This document shows positions 34,363 through 43,518 of a stretch of 47,500 nt of DNA, one piece after another; position 1 is the first letter of the stretch, and every line of letters begins with the position of its first letter. The translations under genes and the position numbers were made by a program. Under the pieces are notes generated by a model. The model had not been told where the DNA came from. It made no database searches and was given only the letters and a program-made list of their open reading frames with translations. This DNA comes from a virus (lineage: Duplodnaviria; Caudoviricetes): positions 1 through 47,500 of IMG/VR virus record IMGVR_UViG_3300031670_000381; one strand, 5' to 3'.

Positions 34363-35202
34363 ATGGGCGCCGCACTCGACACGCCCTGGCAGGGCCAGAC
34401 TTTCGCGCCGCCGCAGTCGCTGGATATCGGCACGATCGAATCCTCGATTGTCGCGCAGCTTAACACGGCGCTCGGCAATCAGATCGAAGTCGCCCATTAT
34501 CCCGATGCTCCTGAGACTTACCGGCTGACGCATCGCGTCGGCGCCGCCCTAGTCGTCTATGGCGGCGACGATTACAGCGAGGTCGAGGACACCGCCGTCG
34601 TGCTCCAGGACCGCACACTGCGCTTCCATATCGACGTGCTGATGCGCGACCTCGGATGGGCCTACGGCGGACCGGCTAGCGGTCCATCGCCGGGCGCGTA
34701 CTCAGTTTTGAATACTATTCTGACGACTCTTACCGGCTACTGGATTCCCGGATGCCGCAAGATGTTTCCGAAGGGTACTCAGTTCGTCGAGCGGGATAAG
34801 CAGGGCGGGGTCTGGTATTACCGCATGTCGTTCGACGTGCCGACCGTCAATATCGAAGTCGGAGCGACGCCTGACTTTCCGCTTTTCACAAAGGGCAGCG
34901 CGCTCGAGACTGGCGGCATCACCGCGATCCCGGTCGGCTTCGCGCCGTTCACTTTCAATGCGCAAAACCAAATCACGCTGCCCAATCAGAATGTCTCGAA
35001 GGTGATCGTCACCAGCCATGACGGCACGATCGTTTACCTGGCCGGGAGCGATTACTCGGTCGATGGCCCGAACGGAATAATCACTCAAATTGCTGGCGGC
35101 AATATAGCAGCACTCGCGACCGTGCTGGTGAGCTTCAGCTACGGCGAAATAATAGGCGCGGTCGCCGGCGGCGGCGCGGCGCCGACCTTCCCGACGAACT
35201 GA
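34363..35202 (+). CDS. Mu Gp37-like tail terminator with C-terminal beta-domain extension
   Basis: YPDAPETYRLTHRVGAALVVY.G...LTGY.IPGC...GVWYY; extension resembles a sheath insert. Confidence 0.8.
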   Translation: MGAALDTPWQGQTFAPPQSLDIGTIESSIVAQLNTALGNQIEVAHYPDAPETYRLTHRVGAALVVYGGDDYSEVEDTAVVLQDRTLRFHIDVLMRDLGWAYGGPASGPSPGAYSVLNTILTTLTGYWIPGCRKMFPKGTQFVERDKQGGVWYYRMSFDVPTVNIEVGATPDFPLFTKGSALETGGITAIPVGFAPFTFNAQNQITLPNQNVSKVIVTSHDGTIVYLAGSDYSVDGPNGIITQIAGGNIAALATVLVSFSYGEIIGAVAGGGAAPTFPTN

Positions 35203-35213
35203 GAGGAAACGCG

Positions 35214-35693
35214 ATGCCACAATACCGAGTGCAATACAATCAGGCTGGAGATGCCTACTACGTCAAGGAGCTGGTCGCCAAAGGCGTCTGGCTGTCGGTC
35301 TACGAATATCGCTCGCCCGCGGCGGTCCCGACCGTGATGGCTCCCTTTACCGGAATCGTCGAAATCAAGCGCAGCGGGAAGGAAATCGCGTACCGCAAGT
35401 TCTTCGCGGTGAGCTGGTGGAACTTCCTCGCCGGCAAGGAAGTTACGCGGTCCGAGAAAAACTGGCTGGTGCGGGATTATATCGCAGCGACTCGCTATGC
35501 CGCGCCCGTGGCGGCGCAAGGGCCGAAAGGCAAGACCGGTCCGCTCGACCCGAATGATCTCAAGGCTGCGGCCTCATCCGGGACTACGCAATCGCCCGCG
35601 CCGGCCGCCGAAGCTCCCGCTTCCACCGCGTCGGGCGCAAAACCCGCAAAAGCCGAAGTGCAGACGACTGCAAAATCGGGCACCCAGGAGTAA
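35214..35693 (+). CDS. hypothetical protein with low-complexity C-terminus
   Basis: GAGG RBS; lies between gp37 and the sheath. Confidence 0.65.
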   Translation: MPQYRVQYNQAGDAYYVKELVAKGVWLSVYEYRSPAAVPTVMAPFTGIVEIKRSGKEIAYRKFFAVSWWNFLAGKEVTRSEKNWLVRDYIAATRYAAPVAAQGPKGKTGPLDPNDLKAAASSGTTQSPAPAAEAPASTASGAKPAKAEVQTTAKSGTQE

Positions 35694-35696
35694 ACC

Positions 35697-37406
35697 ATGC
35701 CAGCAGCATTTCTACACGGCGTTGAAGTAGTCGAATCGACCAGCGGCCCGGTTCCGATTCAAATCATCAAGTCTTCGGTAATCGGACTTGTCGGCCGCGC
35801 GCCGATGTGGGCGGCAGCCGGGGCGGTTCCTCTCTGGAATCCCAAAGAGGCGCTCACCGTCGGGATGCAGCGAATCGACACGAACGGAAATCTCCAGCAG
35901 GTCACGATTGCGGGTGTCACCGGAACTGTGGCACCCGTGTGGCTGACCGTGCTGTACGGGCTTACCGCCGCCGACGGAACCGCGGCCTGGCAGATGGTCG
36001 AGACCAAAGCGCAGCTCGCGCTAACTAATTCGCCGACTCTCGTCGCGTCCGAGCAAGCCGCCGCGGCATTCGGACCTCTGGTCCAGGGCTACGGCATCCC
36101 TTATGCCCTCGCGGCGATACTCGAGCAGGGCGCGGGACAGGTAATTGTCGTCAACGTGTTCGACCAGATCGCGCATTCGACCGCGATAGCCGCGGCCGCG
36201 TTCGCATTTCCGGTGGCCCCCGCACTCCAGAAGATCAACCTCGGTCACATGGGGGTCTCGAACGTCGTCGTGACCGATTCGGGCGGCCTTACCACTTATA
36301 CCGCCGGACTCGACTATTCGATTGACTATGTCAACGGGATCATCACGCAGCTCTCGGGCGGCGCGATCCTCGCGGGGGCGTCCGTCAAAATCGCCTTCAG
36401 TTATGCCGACCCGACGAAGGTTACCGCGGCGAATATTGTCGGCGCATTCACCGCCGGCGTGTACACCGGAATCCAGGCGCTTCTCACGACCTTCCAGACG
36501 ATGGGGTTTTTCGCGCAGCTCTTTATCGCGCCCGGATTCTCCGACCAGCAGACGGTCGCGGCCGCGCTGGACGCGATGGCGCAGAAGCTCGGCGGCTACG
36601 CACTGGTCGATTCGAGTCCGAACACTGCCATCGCGGCCGCGCTGGCGAATCGCGGGACGGTCGGCCAGGCATTCAACACCTCGAGCAAACGGACGATCCT
36701 GTGCTATCCGCAGGAGCTGTTCTACGACACCGGAATCGTGCCGACTGGCGTCACGATCGATTCGTACGGAAATCCGGTCCAGGAGCTGGCGAACCAGAAT
36801 AACGACTCGCCCTATTCGCAATGGGTGGCGGGAATGATCGCGGCAGTCGATGCCGAGTTCGGCTACTGGTATTCGCCCTCGAATCATCAGGTCGAAGGAA
36901 TCGTCGGCCCTGACGTGAGCATCTATTCGTCGATCCTGGACCCGGCCTGCGACACCAACAATCTGAACGCCGCTGGCATCGTCACGATCTTCAACGCCTA
37001 CGCCACCGGGATGCGCGTGTGGGGAAACCGCAGCGCGGCCTTTCCATCGAAGACGTCGATGGACGTCTTTATCCCGGTCCGGCGCGTGATGGACGCGGTC
37101 GAGGAATCGGTCGAACTCGCGATGCTCCAGTTCATCGACCAGCCGACCTCGAACGCGCTTATCACGGCAATCCTGCAGAGCGTGAACGGATTCATCCTGA
37201 GCCTCGTCCAGCGCGGCGCGCTGGTCGCGGGCGCGGCCAGCTACAATCCCGCGGATAATCCGAGCGCAACGGTAGTCAATGGCCAGCTCGTATTCGAGCT
37301 GGACATCACTCCTCCGCCGCCGCTGGAGCGGATCACCTGGAACACGAATCTCGACACCGCTCCTCTCGGCACTCTCGGCACTACGACAGCCGCGCAAGCC
37401 GCGTAA
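35697..37406 (+). CDS. contractile tail sheath protein (P2 FI-type)
   Basis: FLHGVEV...VIGLVG.AP...APGFS...GYWYSPSN...LNAAGIVT...WGNRS...F+PVRR...PPPLERI. Confidence 0.95.
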   Translation: MPAAFLHGVEVVESTSGPVPIQIIKSSVIGLVGRAPMWAAAGAVPLWNPKEALTVGMQRIDTNGNLQQVTIAGVTGTVAPVWLTVLYGLTAADGTAAWQMVETKAQLALTNSPTLVASEQAAAAFGPLVQGYGIPYALAAILEQGAGQVIVVNVFDQIAHSTAIAAAAFAFPVAPALQKINLGHMGVSNVVVTDSGGLTTYTAGLDYSIDYVNGIITQLSGGAILAGASVKIAFSYADPTKVTAANIVGAFTAGVYTGIQALLTTFQTMGFFAQLFIAPGFSDQQTVAAALDAMAQKLGGYALVDSSPNTAIAAALANRGTVGQAFNTSSKRTILCYPQELFYDTGIVPTGVTIDSYGNPVQELANQNNDSPYSQWVAGMIAAVDAEFGYWYSPSNHQVEGIVGPDVSIYSSILDPACDTNNLNAAGIVTIFNAYATGMRVWGNRSAAFPSKTSMDVFIPVRRVMDAVEESVELAMLQFIDQPTSNALITAILQSVNGFILSLVQRGALVAGAASYNPADNPSATVVNGQLVFELDITPPPPLERITWNTNLDTAPLGTLGTTTAAQAA

Positions 37407-37432
37407 AGGACGCGAGGTAAGGAGAAGCTCCG

Positions 37433-37960
37433 ATGGCTGGACAGAATCTGCAAATCAATTCGCTCTATAACCTCAACGTTTATGTCGACGGCGTGAGCTA
37501 TCTCGGCCGCTGCGAAGAAGTGGACGTGCCGTTTCCGAAATCCACGCCCGGCGACTACAAGGGCCTCGGCATGGCCGGAGAAGCCGAGCTGCCAATGGGT
37601 TTCGGCAAGCTCGAGGGACGCATCAAGTGGAAGAGCTTCGACGCCCAGGTGATGAGCCTGGTCGTCAACCCGTTCGCTTTTCACATGTTCCAGTTCCGGG
37701 GCAGCGTTGACCAAATCACGGCGTTCGGCCGCGCCGCGCAGCTTCCGGTAGTGCTGCTTCTCACCGGATGGATAAAGGATCCCGACAAGCTGCAGTTCAA
37801 GCATCAGGCCGCGGTCGAAAACACTTCGACCCTCGCGGTACAGCATAGCGAACTGACTATCGGCGGCCTGCAGATTTTCATGTACGACGTGTTCGCGAAC
37901 GTCTTCACAGTAAACGGAGTGGACCAGCTCGCGCAGTTCAACGCCAACCTTGGCGCTTAA
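37433..37960 (+). CDS. tail tube protein (P2 FII-type)
   Basis: NVYVDG.SYLGR.EEV..P...GLGM.G..ELP.G..KLEG.IKW...VNGVDQL. Confidence 0.9.
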   Translation: MAGQNLQINSLYNLNVYVDGVSYLGRCEEVDVPFPKSTPGDYKGLGMAGEAELPMGFGKLEGRIKWKSFDAQVMSLVVNPFAFHMFQFRGSVDQITAFGRAAQLPVVLLLTGWIKDPDKLQFKHQAAVENTSTLAVQHSELTIGGLQIFMYDVFANVFTVNGVDQLAQFNANLGA

Positions 37961-37961
37961 A

Positions 37962-38009
37962 GTGAGACAGGCTTCAACTTATGAAATCACCGGCTGAAGC
38001 CGGCGCCAA
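37962..38009. repeat. degenerate REP doublet, copy 3
   Basis: GTGAGACAGGCTTCAACTTATG...CACCGGCTGAAGCCGGCGCCAA just after the tube stop codon. Confidence 0.6.
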
Positions 38010-38035
38010 TTCAAACGCACGAGGAGGAATGTCCG

Positions 38036-38323
38036 ATGGAAGTGAAGCTCGATACGGCTGCTCTGCCGCAGCCGGAGTTCACCAGCGACTTCAATCTGCC
38101 GAGCGGGAAGCACGCGCAAATCCGCAAAGGCGTCGGCCGCGACCTGGTTCAGGCGATGAAGAACGCCGGCCCGGACGCCGACGTGATGACAATCACATAC
38201 GCGCTGGTCGCGCAGCTCACCCTTATCGACGGCCATCCAATCGTGCTCGAGGACGTGCTCGACATGGATTTGACCGATCTAAACAAGTTGCAGACCGATC
38301 CAAATTTTCGCGCGCCGGCGTAG
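38036..38323 (+). CDS. tail assembly chaperone (gpE/gp41-like)
   Basis: LPSGK..IRKG.GRDL..A...LVAQL..IDG....EDVLDMDLTD; lies between tube and tape measure. Confidence 0.8.
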   Translation: MEVKLDTAALPQPEFTSDFNLPSGKHAQIRKGVGRDLVQAMKNAGPDADVMTITYALVAQLTLIDGHPIVLEDVLDMDLTDLNKLQTDPNFRAPA

Positions 38324-38484
38324 ACGGCGCCGGCTTCGCCGCTCTCATCCGCTTCGGGTTCACCGTCACCGAGTTGAACTCGATGGAGCTGGACGATTTT
38401 GAGTTCTGGATCGAATCGGTGCGTAGGCATAACGCAGCGCTCAATGAATCGATCCGCGAGCAAACCAGGAACGCATCGTCGTAA
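38036..38484 (+). CDS. frameshifted long chaperone (gpE+E'-like) via -1 slip at A AAT TTT (38302-38308)
   Basis: in-frame slippery heptamer; hairpin GCCGGCG/CGCCGGC 5 nt downstream; -1 frame encodes FGFTVTELNSMELDDFEFW, an E'-like motif. Confidence 0.75.
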
Positions 38485-38505
38485 AACCGAAGAGGTAAAG
38501 GAAAC

Positions 38506-38820
38506 GTGGCATCCAACCGAGTCTTTGTAGCGAATCTCAATTACGCGCTCACCGAGGACGAACTGCGCTCGCTCTTCCTTGCGGTCGGCGGCGTCGAGAA
38601 AGTCGATATGGTCAGAGACCACTACGACAACAAGCCAAAGGGCTTCGCGTTTATCACGATGATGACGGCCGAAGACGCGGAACGCGCGGTCGAAAAGTTC
38701 CACGGAACCGAACTGCAGGGACGGCGCCTGCGCGTCGAGATCGCGACCGGAGAGCCGAAAGACAATCGCGATCGTCGTCGCGACGAGCGTGGCGATCGGC
38801 GCGAGGTGAGGGGCCGCTGA
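38506..38820 (+). CDS. RRM (RNP-1) RNA-binding protein
   Basis: RNP2 VFVANL, RNP1 KGFAFITM, LQGRRLRVEIA, Arg/Asp-rich tail; GAGG/AAGGA RBS. Confidence 0.93.
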   Translation: MASNRVFVANLNYALTEDELRSLFLAVGGVEKVDMVRDHYDNKPKGFAFITMMTAEDAERAVEKFHGTELQGRRLRVEIATGEPKDNRDRRRDERGDRREVRGR

Positions 38821-38842
38821 ACGGCGCGAAAGGCGGAATTAA

Positions 38843-40924
38843 ATGGCCCTCCAAAAGCTCCTCGATTTCGCCCTGCAGATCAAAGCCGTCGGCTTTCAGG
38901 GCGCCGCCGCGGCCGTCCAGGGACTGAATAAGAATATCGAGAACATGAACAAATCGGTCCGCGACACCGCGCACCTGCGCGAGGCCGCCGGCACGATGGC
39001 CGGTATCGGCGCGGTCGCGCTCGGTATGGGCGGCGCAATTGCGTACGGTCTAAAGTCCACGCTCGATCCGGCGATCGAGATGCAAGGCGAAATGGCTCAC
39101 GTCGCGACCGCGATGGATGATGGCGCGAAGACCCAGCAGCACCTCGCCGAAGTTCAGAAGTTCGCGAACAGCATCGCGTCAAAAAGCGCGGTCACGAATG
39201 TTCAGCTCGCGGAGTCCTACTACATCGCTCGGTCCAACATGCTCGGCCATGCCGAAGCACTCGGCGCGGTCAAAGCGGCAAACGATCTCGTCACCGCGAC
39301 AACGCGCGACGCGGCCGACGCGCAAGCGCAGATGGTCGAGACGACGCGGACGCTCACCACGCTGATGCATAATTTCGGAGGCACGGCGCAGTACTACGCC
39401 GACATGCTGGCCAAGCTCCAGACGAAATACGCATTCGGGAATATCGGCGAAATCACGGGCGCGCTGCAATACGCGATGCCGACGATGAAACAGGCGGGCG
39501 TCACGGCGACCGATGCGAGCACTGCGCTTGCACTGCTGTCTTCCGGCGGCCTGCACGGCCAAGAGGCTGGCACCGCGTTCCAGGAACTGCTCGGTAAGCT
39601 CACGACGGACACAAAGCTGTTGCCCTTTCTCGCCAAAACCGCGCAGGGCGGCACCGACCTGGGCGCCACCATCCGGAACCTCAATGCGGCTTTTGGCGGC
39701 CTGACCGCAACTCAGCAATCCCTTCGGCTGAAACAACTAGGCTTTGGCGAACGTGATATTCGCGGCGTCGCGCTGCTTATCGACAAATCGAAAGAATATA
39801 GCGCCACGCTCAAGGACATGCAGAACGCGCAAGGTTCGGCCGCGGCGCTGGCTGAAAAACGGCGCGCCGCGAGCGATTACCAGTGGGCGATCGCGCTCAA
39901 TAATATAAACCTCTTTCGAGAGGCGATCGGCACGGTGTTACTGCCAGCGTTTACGAGCCTTTCGAGCCATCTGGCCAGCGCCGCGAGATTCGCGGCTGAG
40001 TTTGCCGAGAACCATCCGGAGCTCGTGAAGATCGCCGTAACCGCAGCGGCGATTAGTTCGGCCGTATTGATTATCGGCGGCGGCCTGGCGCTGGCATCGG
40101 GGGCGCTCCTCGGCTTCGTCAGCTTCCTTCCCGCGCTCAAGACATTCGCCACGGCGACTCGGCTTGGAACCGTGGCGACGAAAGCATGGACGGCGGCACA
40201 GTGGCTATTTAACGCCGCGATGGACGCGAATCCGATCGGCCTCGTGATCGCCGGCGCCGTTGCGTTGGCGGTCGCCGCGTACGAAATCTATGAACACTGG
40301 TCGGCGGTCAAGGGATTTTTCTCTGGGCTATGGAGCGACATTAAATCGATCTTCACGAGCTTCAATACATGGACTGGCGGATGGGCCGCGACGCTTGGAA
40401 AAGCTGTCCTGATCGGAATCACCGGACCGTTCGGCTTGATCGCGATTGAAATCTACAAGCATTGGGATGCGATCAAGAAAGCCTGCGAGCATATCGCCAG
40501 TGGTATCGGCAAGTTTTTCATCGGCCACTCGCCGCCGCCGGTGGGGCCGCTCCACAATCTGAACAAGGTCAATTTGATTGGAACGGTCGCGGACACGATC
40601 AAGCCGGCGCCGGCGATCGCCGCAGTCAGGCGCGCCGCTGCGGCGATCGCGGTCACGATGCCGCTGATGCTGACGCCCCTCGGCGCGAGCGCGGCTCAGG
40701 GACCGCCCCGCGCAGGCGCGCGCGCGTTTCCTTCGGCGTTCGCCGAGCGTGCGCCCGTTGCCGCGGCTGGCGCATCTGGCGATACGCACCTCCATTTCGC
40801 ACCGCGCATCAACATCACCGTGGGGAACGATCAGGATCTAAAAGCGCTCGCCGAGAAACTGGCGCGTGATATGTACGACGCGCTCGAAGCCGAACGCGCT
40901 AAACGCGACAGGACGAAGCTGTGA
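38843..40924 (+). CDS. tail tape measure protein
   Basis: 693 aa, Ala/Gly-rich; GITGALQYA-like core, AGTAF, AAQWLFNAAMDANPIGLVI. Confidence 0.92.
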   Translation: MALQKLLDFALQIKAVGFQGAAAAVQGLNKNIENMNKSVRDTAHLREAAGTMAGIGAVALGMGGAIAYGLKSTLDPAIEMQGEMAHVATAMDDGAKTQQHLAEVQKFANSIASKSAVTNVQLAESYYIARSNMLGHAEALGAVKAANDLVTATTRDAADAQAQMVETTRTLTTLMHNFGGTAQYYADMLAKLQTKYAFGNIGEITGALQYAMPTMKQAGVTATDASTALALLSSGGLHGQEAGTAFQELLGKLTTDTKLLPFLAKTAQGGTDLGATIRNLNAAFGGLTATQQSLRLKQLGFGERDIRGVALLIDKSKEYSATLKDMQNAQGSAAALAEKRRAASDYQWAIALNNINLFREAIGTVLLPAFTSLSSHLASAARFAAEFAENHPELVKIAVTAAAISSAVLIIGGGLALASGALLGFVSFLPALKTFATATRLGTVATKAWTAAQWLFNAAMDANPIGLVIAGAVALAVAAYEIYEHWSAVKGFFSGLWSDIKSIFTSFNTWTGGWAATLGKAVLIGITGPFGLIAIEIYKHWDAIKKACEHIASGIGKFFIGHSPPPVGPLHNLNKVNLIGTVADTIKPAPAIAAVRRAAAAIAVTMPLMLTPLGASAAQGPPRAGARAFPSAFAERAPVAAAGASGDTHLHFAPRINITVGNDQDLKALAEKLARDMYDALEAERAKRDRTKL

Positions 40925-41556
40925 TGTTCGCGGTGCTGGGCAATATCGAGTTCCAGGTCGTCGGCTCGCCGGAGTCGCTCAAGCGCGACAGTTCCGTTTC
41001 GTTTCCCGAACACAAAGTCGTCGAGAATAAACCGAAGCTGCAATTCACCGGCCCCGAACTCGACGAAGTGACTATCGATTTGCAGTTTCATAAATCATTC
41101 GCGAATCCGCGCGCGCGACGCGACGCAATTTACGCGGCACGCGACGCCGCAAACGCGCTCCCGCTGGTGTTCGGCAACGGCGAGCATTGGGGCAGCTTCG
41201 TGATTGTCCGCGCGAGCGAAACGCACAAATGGAACGCCGCTGACGGAACGCCGGTCGCGATCCAGATGAACCTGCAGCTCAAGGAATGGGCGCCGGACAC
41301 GAATATCGATCCGGCCGCGCCTCCGCAGCCGAGCACTCCTCCTCTGGCACTCGTGCCCCCCGGTACGCTGCAACCTGGCCAGACCGTTGCCGGGACGATT
41401 ATCACCAATCCGGAAACGGGCGCGCAGGTTGTAGTGTTCGCGGGCCCGGCGACCGGCGCTTCCGCGATCGCGTCGAATCCAGCGGCGGCAGGCGGCGCGT
41501 CGCCCGACGCGATGCCAAACGATATTCCGGTCTCGACCATCGTGAGGGCAGCTTGA
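40924..41556 (+). CDS. P2 GpU-like tail protein
   Basis: MFAVLGNIEF...EH.VV..KPKLQFTG.ELDE...LPLVFGNG...G.FVI...L.LKE. Confidence 0.88.
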   Translation: MFAVLGNIEFQVVGSPESLKRDSSVSFPEHKVVENKPKLQFTGPELDEVTIDLQFHKSFANPRARRDAIYAARDAANALPLVFGNGEHWGSFVIVRASETHKWNAADGTPVAIQMNLQLKEWAPDTNIDPAAPPQPSTPPLALVPPGTLQPGQTVAGTIITNPETGAQVVVFAGPATGASAIASNPAAAGGASPDAMPNDIPVSTIVRAA

Positions 41557-41852
41557 TGGCGGCCGCACCGCAGACACCGGCCGAGTTCGCCGCGGCATTT
41601 GGGATGACCACGCCGGCGTCGGCGCCGGTGAATCCGCCCGCGCAGTATTTCCAGCACCGCACGGTCGCCGGTGAACGATGGGACTCGCTCGCATGGCGCT
41701 ACTACGGCGATCCGACCCTGGTGAATCCGATCATCATGGCGAATCCGTCAGTGCCAATAGAGCCGGTATTCGAGGGCGGAATAAGTATCGCGATACCGAT
41801 TTTGGCGCAGGAGTTTGCGCCACTCGATCTGCCGCCGTGGGGGACCCTCTAA
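41556..41852 (+). CDS. tail protein X (LysM-like)
   Basis: HRTVAGERWDSLAWRYYGD...IIMANP...IPIL...LPPW. Confidence 0.9.
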   Translation: MAAAPQTPAEFAAAFGMTTPASAPVNPPAQYFQHRTVAGERWDSLAWRYYGDPTLVNPIIMANPSVPIEPVFEGGISIAIPILAQEFAPLDLPPWGTL

Positions 41853-41854
41853 AT

Positions 41855-42871
41855 ATGGCGGCCGCGGTCGCATCGCAGGTTCGAAAGCCAGCGTGGCTTC
41901 TCACCTATCAGGGCGTGCCAATTACCGCGCGCATCGATCCGATGGCGCTGTCGATTGCCTATACCTCTCACGAAACAGGCCTTGCGCCGGACATGGAACT
42001 TGAGCTCGAAGATCGCGGGCGCCGATGGCAGAAGGCGTGGCTTCCGACGCGCGGCGACCTGGTCAGTCTTTCGATTGGCTATTTCGGCGAAACGCTGGTG
42101 CCCTGTCCGGATTTCCAGGTGGACGAGGTCGAGTTCAAGGGGCCGCCTGACAAAGTTTACATGCGATGCATGGCCGCGTTTGTCACGCCTGGGATGCGGA
42201 CGCAGCGGACGATCGGCTATGAGAACCAGACGCTCATCCAGATCGCGAGCACGATCGCGGCGAAATACGGGCTGACCGTCAAAGGGATTCCCGACGCGAT
42301 CAACGTTCCGTTTGCGCGGATCACGCAGCGCCAGGAAACCGATTTGTCTTTCCTCCACCGGATAGCGCAGGCGCACAACTACGACTTCAACGTGCGCGGC
42401 ACCACTCTGGTTTTCTACGCGCGGCCGCAGCTCGAACAGGCTGCGCCCGTCATCAACATCAGCCGCGGCGAAGTCACGACCTGGAAGTTCAAGACAAAGA
42501 CGAATGAGGTGTACAAAGCCGCGACGGTCGCGTGGCAGGACCCTGCTAGCAAGCAGCTCATCACCGCGACTGCGGTGGCGAGTCCCTCCGTGCCGACTGG
42601 AGATACGCGCTCTCTCTCGGTCCGCTGCGAGAACGGCCAGCAAGCGGCACTCAAGGCGCAGGCCGCGCTGCACGACGCCAACTCGAACATGATTACCGGA
42701 TCGCTCTCGATGCCAGGCAATGTCATCCTCGCCGGCGGATCGACCGTGATGGTCAGCAATTTCGGATGGTTCGACGGCAAATACCTAATCACAACTGCCC
42801 GTCACAAGGTTAATCGCGCGAGCGGCTACACCTCGGAGATCGAACTGAGGAACGTGGTGGTGGCGACATGA
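41855..42871 (+). CDS. late control protein D / baseplate hub
   Basis: ELEDR...W.P.RGD...FQVDEVE..GPPD...RITQ.QETDLSFL. Confidence 0.9.
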   Translation: MAAAVASQVRKPAWLLTYQGVPITARIDPMALSIAYTSHETGLAPDMELELEDRGRRWQKAWLPTRGDLVSLSIGYFGETLVPCPDFQVDEVEFKGPPDKVYMRCMAAFVTPGMRTQRTIGYENQTLIQIASTIAAKYGLTVKGIPDAINVPFARITQRQETDLSFLHRIAQAHNYDFNVRGTTLVFYARPQLEQAAPVINISRGEVTTWKFKTKTNEVYKAATVAWQDPASKQLITATAVASPSVPTGDTRSLSVRCENGQQAALKAQAALHDANSNMITGSLSMPGNVILAGGSTVMVSNFGWFDGKYLITTARHKVNRASGYTSEIELRNVVVAT

Positions 42872-43518
42872 GTTCCGAGCAGCTCCAGACTCGGCGTTCC
42901 TCGCCGCTGCGCTTCGGCCTGGTCAAGGAACAGGACATCCCGAATGCTCGGGTGCGCGTGACGCTGCCCGACCTCGACGAGGCTGGCAGCTATTGGCTGC
43001 ACGTCGTGAACCGCGGCTCGCAGTACGACAAGGATTTCTGGATTCCCGACGTCGGCGAGCAAGTCGCCTGCCTGATGGACGATCATGACGAGAGCGGCGT
43101 CGTCCTCGGATCCTTTTTCCAGAGCGTGGACACGCCACAATCAGGAATGACGGCCGACACGCGCGCGATCCGGTTCAAGGACGGCGCGCAGATCGAGTAC
43201 GACCGCAATCAGCACGTGCTGAGCTTCGTCGCCCAGGATGGAAGCATTATCAAGTACGACGCGGGCGTGCACACGCTGACGGTTGGCCTGCCCAACTCGG
43301 GCGCGAACCTGACCGTCACTGCGAACGGCTGCGAGATTCTGATCAACGGCGGCGGCGACATCGTTCTTTCCACGCCGGTTGATCTGGGCCTGACGACGAG
43401 TCTCGGAACGACATCGCTGAATACGATCATCGCGGCGATCAATAGCATCATCAATCTGCTCAAGACCGCCGTGCAGAGCGGCGCCGGAATCGCCGGAACG
43501 CCGCCGGAGATCACCTGA
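42868..43518 (+). CDS. baseplate assembly protein V (spike)
   Basis: RVRVTLPD...SYWL...PDVGEQVACL...GVVLG...F.DG..IEYDR. Confidence 0.9.
   Translation: MSSEQLQTRRSSPLRFGLVKEQDIPNARVRVTLPDLDEAGSYWLHVVNRGSQYDKDFWIPDVGEQVACLMDDHDESGVVLGSFFQSVDTPQSGMTADTRAIRFKDGAQIEYDRNQHVLSFVAQDGSIIKYDAGVHTLTVGLPNSGANLTVTANGCEILINGGGDIVLSTPVDLGLTTSLGTTSLNTIIAAINSIINLLKTAVQSGAGIAGTPPEIT

Noticed and set aside
37981-38301. 5' part of the 167-aa ORF 37981..38484 as a separate gene
   Set aside because: Its start lies inside the decayed REP; only the part after the slippery site looks coding, as the -1 frame extension
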